DNA of 64,000 nucleotides from Macrostomum lignano (taxonomy: Eukaryota): positions 144,196 through 208,195 of the forward strand of contig NIVC01000952.1 in assembly GCA_002269645.1 (NCBI GenBank). The letters are read 5' to 3'. A program made the position numbers and the translations under genes. The notes beneath the pieces are model-generated. The model saw only the letters and a program-made list of their open reading frames with translations. It did no database searches and had not been told where the DNA came from. This document shows positions 32,995-56,602 of the stretch, in pieces (the stretch's first letter is position 1; each line of letters starts with the position of its first letter).

Positions 32995-33470
32995 GCTTAG
33001 GAGAGGGCTTTGAGACACTTGGAGAGGGCTCTGGTGCTGAATATTTGAGACACTTATAGAGGGCTCTGAGGCTGAATATTTGAGACACTTGGGGAGGGCT
33101 CTGAGGCTGAATATTTGAGACACTTGGGGAGGGCTCTGAGGCTGAATATTTGAGACACTTATAGAGGGTCTGAGGCTGAATATTTGAGACACTTGTAGAG
33201 GGCTCTGAGGCTGAATATTTGAGACACTTGTAGAGGGTCTGAGGCTGAATATTTGAGACACTTGTAGAGGGTCTGAGGCTGAATATTTGAAACACTTGTA
33301 GAGGGTCTGAGGCTGATTATTTGAGACACTTATAGAGGACTCTGAGGCTGAATATTTGAGACACTTGCAGAGGGCTCTGAGGCTGAATTTTTGAGACACT
33401 TGTAGAGGGTCTGAGGCTGAATATTTGAGACACTTGCAGAGGGCTCTGAGGCTGAATATTTGAGACACTG
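32995..33470. repeat. 33-35-bp minisatellite upstream of GT32
   Basis: Unit gagggctctgaggctgaatatttgagacacttgta, ~14 copies. Confidence 0.95.
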
Positions 33471-35747
33471 GTGGAGGGGGCATTTAAGCACGCACGCAAT
33501 GCGACCGACTCAGAATAATGCTTCGATAAACTACTGTGTATTCATTGTGTGTGTTGTGTGTGTGTGAGTATGTAGCTTGTAGTGCTGCGAAGTGTTCGGG
33601 AGTCCCGTACAATGCAACTACTAGTGGACAAGAGCTGACTGTGCATGCGGTAATTTTGTAGAACAATAGGCCACTATAGTGTTAAAGGCTGCGAACATTT
33701 CTCTGGCACGAACTGTGTCAGAGCGGTAGATTAATTGAGAAGGACAGGCGAGTGGTCACTCCTACACGATTTCTTATGGAGAGTGCTCACTCCTACATGA
33801 CTTCTCAATGATAGTGGACTCCCCTACAAGATTTCTCAAGGAGAGTGGACTCTCATAGCAAGTTCAGTGGACTCTACTAAATCCATTAGACTATCCCACG
33901 AAGATCGATATCAACAGGTGTACACACAATGCTGGATGAAACGCAGTTAAGCTAATAAGACTCACCGAGAGCTGGTTTATAAAAACTCCTCAACAAGCAA
34001 CGCAGCCGGTAGCTCCTACAAGGGCGACTTCCGCTACTACACCGCCGTGCAGAAGCAGCAATTTCACAGCCCAAAGCAGACAGAATAATATACGCGCGAC
34101 TCAAAAATTTATGGACAAGCTTGCACGGGCACACACACACACACACCGACAGTGTTACTGTTGGCAAAATTATAAAAATGCCAAAAGAGAAAATCTCTCT
34201 ACCGGGGAGAGGGGGCTGCTGCTCCAGTTCTCAGGCCAGCCAACCAACAAATTGTGTTGCTCCAACATCCCCGCCGCCTGCCCTCCATGCTCATTGAGGC
34301 GTTGAGCCAGCCAGCGCCTACTACAAAACTGCTGTGGCCTCCCTACTCACCATTGTCTGCCCGGTGAGGCAGGTCTCTCTCTCTCTCCCTCTCTCGCTCT
34401 CCCGCGAAACAAAAGTCGCTCCATTAAATCGGGGCATGGAGGGAGGGACAGCAAGACGGAGTGCGGATCTGAGAGAGGAGGATGGTGCGGACGGTCGGGG
34501 CCGGTGGTGGAGACGAGAGAAGGTGTTCCATCATCACCCCCCCCCCCCAACTGTTCAACATCTCCGATCCCGTCCCTTCATCCGCGATCCAGATGGGGGG
34601 AGGGGAAGAGAGAAAGGGAGAAGCAGACAGAGAAAGAGAGCCAGTTGTTGCAACGCTTTTTGCCTTCCGTTGAATTTAATGTTGCATAGAGTTCCCTCTG
34701 AGCACATGTACTCAGCCATGGGTATTGCCATAGCCACCAGGTCCAACTCAAAACCCCCCTCACCCACCCCTGAGTCGACTCCGAGTATGGTAGCTAATGC
34801 TAAAGCCATATTTGCCCAGTGACTGGTTTACCTGAGCCTCACGGCGGTTTTACGAGTAGCAGATGCCAAATCAATTCCCGATGCTGGAAGCACTGTACTG
34901 GGCCGCGAACCAGTTTGGGATTAAATGCTTAATGCTTAAAGCTGTAAAATTAATTATTTTGATTTGGAACAGAGTTTTCAGAATGTATTGAATTGAGTAA
35001 AGAGGTGCCCGGGGTCATCTGGAGGTGTCAGCCCCCAGGAAGTGTCGTGAGTCATCATAGGGTGTCAGAAATCATATTGATTGAGAGTTTTTGGGGTCAT
35101 GATGAGTCATCAGGAGTCATTAGGAGTCATTGTGAGTCATTGTGAGTCATCAAGTGTTAGAAGTAGAAAACTATACAATGCAAAAAACAGACTCATACAC
35201 CTGTATCGCCAGTTCAATACTTATTTAAGTCGTATTCTCGTCAGCCTTTGCGTTACATGCAGGACAAAACCTGTATTTCGATCTCTGTTTACTCTGCTGT
35301 GCAAAATTTCCACTAAAATAGAAGTAATTCAGAACGCAATGAAATGGCATAGCAGATACCAAATTATCTTAAATTTAGCTTAAATCAGCTTGTTGGTAGG
35401 TTATAATTATGTATTGTCACGAAACATCGTCAAAAGTTTCAAATTCGAATTCTGTTAGTTTCTGTTAGCAGAAAACTTGTATCAAAGCTTCACTTAGTGC
35501 CAGTGCAAGACGTTTAAGTTGAGAAAGCGAAACAAATCTTCTAAATGAATGAAGTGAAAATCATTTTTAGTAAGGTGGAAACAAATACGAGCGTATGCAG
35601 AGTAAAGAGGGTAAGGGTGGATCTTCGCTGCAAATCACAGCTATTAACATGCCGAATGGGCAGTGACATTAGGCGTTAGTCATTGTTAGCGGCTGTGTCA
35701 TGACCATGTCCAAACATATGCATACCTACTATCAGTGTCCTTACATA

Positions 35748-38390
35748 GCCGCTAGCAATGTCCCTACAGAGCCGCTAGCAATGTCCCTACAGAGCCGCTA
35801 GCAATGTCCCTACAGAGCCGCTAGCAATGTCCCTACAGAGCCGCTAACAATGTCCCTACAGAGCCGCTAGCAATGTACCTACAGAGCCGCTAGCAATGTA
35901 CCTACAGAGCCGCTAACAATGTCCCTACAGAGCCGCTAGCAATGTCCCTACAGAGCCGCTAGCAATGTCCCTACAGAGCCGCTAGCAATGTCCCTACAGA
36001 GCCGCTAACAATGTCCCTACAGAGCCGCTAGCAATGTCCCTACAGAGCCGCTAGCAATGTCCCTACAGAGCCGCTAGCAATGTACCTACAGAGCCGCTAA
36101 CAATGTCCGTAGAATACCGCTAACAATGTCCCTACAGAGTTGCTAGCAATGTCCCTACAGAGCCGCTAGCAATGTCCCTACAGAGCCGCTAGCAATGTCC
36201 CTACAGAGCCGCTAACAATGTCCCTACAGTGCCGCTAGCAATGTCCCTACAGAGCCACTAACAATTTCCATATAGAGCCTCTAAAAATGTCCCTAGAGTA
36301 CAGCTAACAATGTCCGTAGAGCTCATGAAAATGTCCCTACAGAGCCGCTAACAATGTCCCTACAGAGCCGCTAGCAATGTCCCTACAGAGCCGCTAGCAA
36401 TGTCCCTACAGAGCCGCTAGCAATGTACCTACAGAGCCGCTAACAATGTCCGTAGAATACCGCTAACAATGTCCCTACAGAGTTGCTAGCAATGCCCCTA
36501 CAGAGCCGCTAGCAATGTCCCTACAGAGCCGCTAGCAATGTCCCTACAGAGCCGCTAACAATGTCCCTACAGAGCCGCTAGCAATGTCCCTACAGAGCCA
36601 CTAACAATTTCCATATAGAGCCTCTAAAAATGTCCCTAGAGTACAGCTAACAATGTCCGTAGAGTGCCCATGAAAATGTCCCTACAGAGCCGCTAACAAT
36701 GTCCCTACAGAGCCGCTAGCAATGTCCCTACAGAGCCGCTAACAATGTCCCTACAGAGCCGCTAGCAATGTCCCTACAGAGCCGCTAACAATTTCCATAT
36801 AGAGCCTCTAAAAATGTCCCTAGAGTACAGCTAACAATGTCCGTAGAGTGCCCATGAAAATGTCCCTACAGAGCCGCTAACAATGTCCCTACAGAGCCGC
36901 TAGCAATGTCCCTACAGAGCCGCTAGCAATGTCCCTACAGAGCCGCTAGCAATGTCCCTACAGAGCCGCTAGCAATGTCCCTACAGAGCCGCTAACAATG
37001 TCCCTACAGAGCCGCTAGCAATGTACCTACAGAGCCGCTAACAATGTCCCTACAGAGCCGCTAACAATGTCCCTACAGAGCCGCTAGCAATGTCCCTACA
37101 GAGCCGCTAGCAATGTCCCTACAGAGCCGCTAGCAATGTCCCTACAGAGCCGCTAACAATGTCCCTACAGAGCCGCTAGCAATGTCCCTACAGAGCCGCT
37201 AGCAATGTCCCTACAGAGCCGCTAGCAATGTACCTACAGAGCGGCTAACAATGTCCGTAGAATACCGCTAACAATGTCCCTACAGAGTTGCTAGCAATGT
37301 CCCTACAGAGCCGCTAGCAATGTCCCTACAGAGCCGCTAGCAATGTCCCTACAGAGCCGCTAACAATGTCCCTACAGAGCCGCTAGCAATGTCCCTACAG
37401 AGCCACTAACAATTTCCATATAGAGCCTCTAAAAATGTCCCTAGAGTACAGCTAACAATGTCCGTAGAGTGCTCATGAAAATGTCCCTACAGAGCCGCTA
37501 ACAATGTCCCTACAGAGCCGCTAGCAATGTCCCTACAGAGCCGCTAGCAATGTCCCTACAAAGCCGCTAGCAATGTACCTACAGAGCCGCTAACAATGTC
37601 CGTAGAATACCGCTAACAATGTCCCTACAGAGTTGCTAGCAATGCCCCTACAGAGCCGCTAGCAATGTCCCTACAGAGCCGCTAGCAATGTCCCTACAGA
37701 GCCGCTAGCAATGTCCCTACAGAGCCGCTAGCAATGTCCCTACAGAGCCACTAACAATTTCCATATAGAGCCTCTAAAAATGTCCCTAGAGTACAGCTAA
37801 CAATGTCCGTAGAGTGCCCATGAAAATGTCCCTACAGAGCCGCTAACAATGTCCCTACAGAGCCGCTAGCAATGTCCCTACAGAGCCGCTAACAATGTCC
37901 CTACAGAGCCGCTAGCAATGTCCCTACAGAGCCGCTAACAATTTCCATATAGAGCCTCTAAAAATGTCCCTAGAGTACAGCTAACAATGTCCGTAGAGTG
38001 CCCATGAAAATGTCCCTACAGAGCCGCTAACAATGTCCCTACAGAGCCGCTAGCAATGTCCCTACAGAGCCGCTAGCAATGTCCCTACAGAGCCGCTAAC
38101 AATGTCCCTACAGAGCCGCTAGCAATGTCCGTAGAATACCGCTAACAATGCCCCTACAGAGCCGCTAGCAATGTCCCTACAGAGCCGCTAGCAATGTCCC
38201 TACAGAGCCGCTAACAATGTCCCTACAGAGCCGCTAGCAATGTCCCTACAGAGCCGCTAGCAATGTCCCTACAGAGCCGCTAACAATGTCCATATAGAGC
38301 CTCTAAAAATGTCCCTAGAGTACAGCTAACAATGTCCGTAGAGTGAGTGCCCACGAAAATGTCCCTACCGAGCCGCTAACAATGTCTCTG
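35748..38390. repeat. 23-bp satellite (~115 monomers) with higher-order structure
   Basis: Unit gccgctagcaatgtccctacaga. Variant blocks recur at 1148-1150-bp spacing. Confidence 0.97.
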
Positions 38391-38939
38391 GTGAGACAGA
38401 GCATAAACATTTTTAAAGAAACAACGTAAAAGACAAGCAAGGAAAACTGCAGACAAGTATCAATGTTTCTGGTCGAATGCGAGAAAAATAGACAGTTTAG
38501 AAATTGAACTCAAACTGTACATTGTCAGGCGAGTGAGATGATTGCTGGAGGAGAATGCATCTTCGAAACAAATTATCTCATCCGTACGTATAAATGATGC
38601 ATAGAAGCGGTTACTCAGCCTTCACTATCGGTGCAGACACGTAGCAAGGTTTTGAAAGGGCCTGACGCATTGCATTCAGAGAGCTTTAGTAGGGAAATTT
38701 TTAGTATATGGATTCAACCTCAGAAATGATGAAGATTTATAAGTAATATTTGTTGAATCAAAGCAACAGAGAAGGTAAGTGCGGTACAGTGCTAGAAATG
38801 GCTATAAATTAAATTCGAATTTTCGTTCGGACATTTTAAAATCGTTGAACAGCAGCAGTCTGAAGTTGCGGTAATCAAAGGCAGTCGGTATGAGAAGCTT
38901 GATTGAGGCTAAGGATTAGAAATATTGCTGTTTAGGAGA

Positions 38940-39520
38940 CAGCGGGATAGAAGCGAGGAGTGGGTGGGTTAGAGGCTAGGAGACAGTGAGATAGAGGCTA
39001 GGAGACAGCGGGATAGAGGCTAGGAGATAGCGGGATAGAGGCTAGGAGACAGTGGGATAGAGGCTAGGAGATGGTGGAATAGAGGCTAGGAGACAGTGGG
39101 ATAGAGGCTAGGAGATGGTGGAATAGAGGCTAGGAGACAGCGGGATAGAGGCTAGGAGATAGCGGGATAGAGGCTAGGAGACAGTGGGATAGAGGCTAGG
39201 AGATGGTGGAATAGAGGCTAGGAGACAGTGAGATAGAGGCTAGGAGATAGCGGGATAGAGGCTAGGAGACAGCAGGATAGAGGCTAGGAGATAGCGGGAT
39301 AGAGGCTAGGAGACAGCGGGATAGAGGCTAGGAGACAGCGGGATGGAGGCTAGGAGACAGTGAGATACATGTAGAGGCTAGTAGACAGTGGGATAGAGGC
39401 TAGGAGACAGCAGGATAGAGGCTAGGAGACAGCGGGATAGAGGCTAGGAGACAGCGGGATAGAGGCTAGGAGACAGCGGGATAGAGGCTAGGAGACAGTG
39501 AGATAGAGGCTAGGAGACGG
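38940..39520. repeat. 22-bp purine-rich minisatellite immediately 3' of the arrestin stop
   Basis: Unit gggatagaggctaggagacagc, ~26 copies, ending ~20 nt from the stop at 39540. Confidence 0.95.
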
Positions 39521-39539
39521 CATGGAGGCTGGAGGCAGC

Positions 39540-50510
<10,971 letters not shown>

Positions 50511-51154
50511 CTCGCAGCCCATATTGGTCAGACTGTGTCTGTCAGTCACTGCTCAGAGCTCAATATCATACCTAGTAGTGAGAGATGACGGATATAAGTT
50601 AAAAAAAAACCTTGTTTAACACACGAGCAACTTAAACGAACTTACTGTGCTGCTCTCGTTTCTTTCTTCTAAACCTCGGAGGGCGTCCCGTGCATTCCTG
50701 GCCAGTGGATGGGGGGGCAGGGAGAGGAAACAGGGGCAAAACTCTGGCCAAGTAAGTTCTCTCCCACCTTGTTCGTCCCAACATGGAACACACTGCAGCA
50801 GCGCGGCGGTGTACACAGGCGGGGGGAAAGCCGGGGGTTCGCCTCCTCCCCCCCCCCTCCGATCCAACTCCTAGTGCTTTTCAACACGCAAAAGAGGGGC
50901 AGTCCTTGGGAGCCAATGGGATCAAAGGGGTGGTGGGGCGGGGGGAGTGGAAGAGGCTGCAGCAGGCAGCAGTGACCCCCGTCTCTGATCCACTCACTGG
51001 CTTGCAGAGCTTTGGCTCCCAGCATGCAATGCAAATCTTTCGGCTTACTGCTGCGATGCTGTAGAAATTTTGAAAGTTTTCTTTGTACTCCTTCATTCTG
51101 TACTCTCTAATCTACTCGCTACACACACTATCCAATATCAAAATGTACTTTTAG

Positions 51155-51480
51155 TCTACCCTCTCTCCCTTTTGCCATCTACCCTCTCCTTCTCTATCTA
51201 CTCCCTCTCTTCTTCTTTATCTACCCTCTCTCTTTTTATATCTACCCCCTCTCTCCTTCTCTATTTACTCCCTCTCCCCTTCTCTATCTACTCCCTCTCT
51301 TCTTCTCTATCTACCCTCTCTCCTTTTATATCTACCCCCTCTCTCCTTCTCTATCTACTCCCTCTCCTTCTCTATCTACTCCCTCTCCCCTTTCTCTATC
51401 TACTCTCCCTCCTTCTCTATCTACCCTCTCTCCTTTGATATCTAACCCCTCTCCCCTTCTCTATCTACCCTATCTCCCTT
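51155..51480. repeat. CT-rich low-complexity degenerate repeat
   Basis: ctatctactccctctc-type units. Confidence 0.85.
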
Positions 51481-52046
51481 TGCTATTAACACTGGCCCTC
51501 TCTATCTTCTTGATCTATCGTACTCTGTGCTCTATTTACCATCGCTTTCCTATCTAAATCACTTTCTCATCTACCCTCCACCACTTCACTTTTCCCCCCT
51601 TTCTCCCTCCCTGTTTTCCATCTGCAATTCTGGACCCCACCAACTTTATAAACAGTTCAGTCGATACATCATCAATAAACGCATCAAGCAGCCACTAATA
51701 ACAAGTCAACTAAAGCTGACTGACACATTCAACCTGAAAACTCTACCCTAGCGATTAACCGGCGCGTTGGCTACAAAAAATTTATTGTTAATATTTTTGG
51801 CTGCTTTGCTATTAAATATTTCAGTTGCTATGTACTTCAAGCTTGACCAGCCGGAAGGACACTTACAAACATAATTTTCGATATTGCAGTCAATTAATTT
51901 ATCAAAGATTGATAGCTTAGTAGTCAGCTATTCCTAGTTTATCTACTATTAGTAGGCATAGAGCAATATGGGGGCATTTCGCAAGTTCTGAATCGTTTAG
52001 AAGTCCGCTGGCTCACAAGTTAAACTCTCTAACCATTAGTCTGTGG

Positions 52047-52889
<843 letters not shown>

Positions 52890-53559
52890 TACAACAGCAC
52901 AAGAAAATGAATTAACTAACGTCAAAAAAGTCGGTAGCTTTTACGTCGACACAAAACGGATTTTTCAACATTTAGACAGAGTAAAACTCGTTCTCAAAAT
53001 ATTTATTCCATCAACATTTACAAGACAGAACATTAATAGAATTTAAATAAGAAATACCACACAAATCTACTACATACTACTGAAGTGCAATCTTTGCTTT
53101 TTGTTTAACTTTAGTCCATCGATTGTGGTGCGAATTCGAAAAAAGCACAATCAATAGGAATTCTCCACAATAAAATACAAAATCTGTGATCCAAGCATGT
53201 TTATAGCTGACAGTAGTAAAATACGCGCATTAGAAAGCATCTCTAAATTAAATAAAATCAAAAGGAATGAAACCAGAAATATTAATCGAACTACGCGCAA
53301 AAAATCTGTTTGTAACAAATGTTTATAAATATGATGTCATTGAAAGATAAAGCCTGTTTTTTAAATAAACGATAAGAACGCCTTATATATAAGAAGTGTT
53401 TCTACAAATTTGAAAATATAAATGAACTTTAGGACAACATAGGAAGGAGATTGGAGAAAAGCAAGCCACACGAGGAAACAGAGACAAGAGAAAGATTAGA
53501 TTAGAGAGAATAGACAAATGAGAGAGAGAATAGACATCAAGACACGAGATGGAAGAGTA

Positions 53560-54690
53560 GACAGAAATTAGATGGGAGAGAATAGACAGAGATTAGATGG
53601 GAGAGAATAGACAGAGATTAGATGGGAGAGAATAGACAGACAGTAGATGGGAGAGAATAGACAGAGATTAGATGGGAGAGAATAGACAGACAGTAGATGG
53701 GAGAGAATAGACAGAGATTAGATGGGAGAGAATAGACAGAGATTAGATGGGAGAGAATAGACAGAGATTAGATGGGAGAGAATAGACAGAGATTAGATGA
53801 GAGAGAATAGACAGAGATTAGATGGGAGGGAATAGACAGAGATTAGATGGGAGAGAATAGACAGAGATTAGATGGGAGAGAATAGACAGAGATTAGATGG
53901 GAGAGAATAGACAGAGATTAGATGGGAGGGAATATACAGATATTAGATGGGAGGGAATAGACAGAGATTAGATGGGAGAGAATAGACAGAGATTAGATGG
54001 GAGAGAATAGACAGATTAGATGGAAGAGAATAGACAGAGATTAGATGGGAGAGAATAGACAAAGATTAGATGGGAGAGAATAGACATAGATTAGATAGGA
54101 GAGAATAGACAGAGATTAGATGGGAGAGAATAGACAGAGATTAGATGGGAGAGAATAGACAGAGATTAGATGGGAGGGAATAGACAGAGATTAGATGGGA
54201 GAGAATAGACAGAGATTAGATGGGTGAGAATAGACAGAGATTAGATGGGAGAGAATAGACAGAGATTAGATGGGAGAGAATAGACAGAGATTAGATGGGA
54301 GAGAATAGACAGAGATTAGATGGGAGGGAATAGACAGAGATTAGATGGGAGAGAATAGACAGAGATTAGATGGGAGAGAATAGACAGAGATTAGATGGGA
54401 GAGAATAGACAGAGATTAGATGGGAGAGAATAGACAGAGATTAGATGGGAGGGAATAGACAGAGATTAGATGGGAGAGAATAGACAGAGATTAGATGGGA
54501 GGGAATAGACAGAGATTAGATGGGAGAGAATAGACAGAGATTAGATGGGAGGGAATAGACATAGATTAGATGGGAGGGAATAGACATAGATTAGATAGGA
54601 GAGAATAGACAGAGATTAGATGGGAGAGAATAGACAGAGATTAGATGGGAGATAGTAGACAGAGATCAGATGGGAGACACTAGACAGACA
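53560..54690. repeat. 25-bp purine-rich minisatellite
   Basis: Unit aatagacagagattagatgggagag, ~45 copies. Confidence 0.97.
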
Positions 54691-55813
54691 GTAGATGCAG
54701 AAATGAATGGCTGTGGTAAGCAGAAAGACACTGTTACATGTCAGCAGAGTCGCAGGCTGAGTTGACATTGTGGCAATAGCTTATATTCTAGTAGATGTTT
54801 TAAAAGCTTTATAAAACAGCAGTTAATTGTGGGAAAAGCGTAAATTGTCTCAAACACAAGCATCGAATGTTCAATAAATAATTTCATCTTTGACAGAAAA
54901 TCATGGGGAGAAAAAAACACGAATTCCGATTAAAAGATTGTGACAATATAGAGTGACAACAAGCATATGGTATTAGATAAATTTGTCTTCACAAAACTTG
55001 CTGGCCATCAACAAAATTCTGCATGGCAATTAAAGAAGGGAAAAACAATGATAAATAATACAACAATAGGGATTAAACAGTCGTGACAAACTAACTAATG
55101 ATAATAGACAGACAAAGACAAACGAATGAGCTCGAAAGCTTTGCGCGCACACTATACTACTTAAAATACTACTTGTCAATATTATAAGAGTGTGCGAACT
55201 TAGACTAGACTAATAAAGATTTCGAATAAAATATATTGCACGCATCCAAGACACGGATTTTCTAACATTTTGAAAAAACTATGTGAAAACACTAAACTTC
55301 AGTTTATCAGTTTAGAAAGAAACTGCGAGAAAGTAAATCAATCTAAAAAAGTCCAAGGCAAAATATGACGTAATCTGTGCTCTTCTTTAGCTATCTAAAA
55401 TAGGATATGTAGGCTTAAAATTTCTTCTACTTTGAGAAAGTGCTTTAATAAAAATACATGGCAATTAAAAGGGCTCGCTATAGACAGTTCAAATAGAGAT
55501 CAACACAAGGTCAGGCTCTACGGAAGTAAAAGCTAGGAAATATTTTGAAGTTATATAGCTTAAAATAAATTTTATCTTATATTTGTAGGTTGATAACAAT
55601 AAAGAAAAAACTAGAAAAATAGGTCAAAATGCAATATAAAAGCTTAGATTTTTTACTGTGCTTTTATTGTTTAAATTAAAATACACTAATAGTCCCAGAT
55701 GACAAATATTGTGCCCCGAATATTAGCCGAATTAAGAAGAAATGATGGGGATGATAGGAAAATGCAATAGGGATAGGGAACTCATCGGTTCTGTGTAACA
55801 ATGTGAAAAGAAG

Positions 55814-56460
55814 ACAGGCCGCGAGACAGGGAGTGGGGTGGGTGTCTAGGGTGGAGGGAAGGTTAGGAGAGACAGTGTACACTCGTGCGCTACAGTCAAT
55901 TATCGATCAGTTAGGGAGTAGAGTTAACGCGAATTCTCTTGTGATGACTAAGCAAGCCGCGAGACAGGGAGTGGGGTGGGTGTCTAGAGTGGAGGGAGGG
56001 TTAAGAGAAGCAGTGTACACTCGTGCGCCATAAGTCAATTATCGACCAATTAGGGGGGGGGGGTACCAGACGGTGGACAATTATATTACCGGTATCGTCC
56101 TTGGCCCAGGAGGTGGGGAGAGGAGGGATAGATAATTAGACTGTTAGATAGATTTATAGAAGTCTGGAAAATCAAACGAAGCAACAATGTTACTAGCAGT
56201 TAAGTAAGGGAGTGAGGTGGGCGTTAACAATTTGCAGTGTACGTTGCACTGCACGGTTATCAACAGCCACTTTGTGGGTGGGATAGAGAGAAACAGGCAA
56301 GCCGCGAGAAAAGGAGTGAGGTGGGTGTCAGGGGTGGGGGCAGGGTAAGTAGAGACAGTGTACATTGCTGCACCGCACACTCAAGTTGCGCTAAAAGGGA
56401 GTGAGGTGGGTGTCAAGGCGGGGGTACGGTAAGTAGAGACAGCGTACATTCCTGCGCCAA
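55814..56460. repeat. Old degenerate duplications (~4 copies of a ~75-140-bp G-rich unit)
   Basis: caagccgcgagacagggagtggggtgggtgtctag...gacagtgtacactcgtgcgc recurs at about 55814, 55953, 56297 and 56395. Confidence 0.7.
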
Positions 56461-56602
56461 ACACTTATCCATCGGCCAGGGTAACGGGGATAGGCAGAAA
56501 CTAGAGACTCAAAGTATCACTATACGTCGTCAGGGTAAGGGAGAGGTAATAAAAATCGGCCCAGAGTTATAGAGAGGATCTTCATCCCAGTAAGAATCGG
56601 AT

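Noticed and set aside
33950-35400. Several short overlapping ORFs at 34-35 kb and 50.6-51.1 kb
   Set aside because: They lie in low-complexity GA/CT-rich sequence with no recognisable domain or consistent splice structure.
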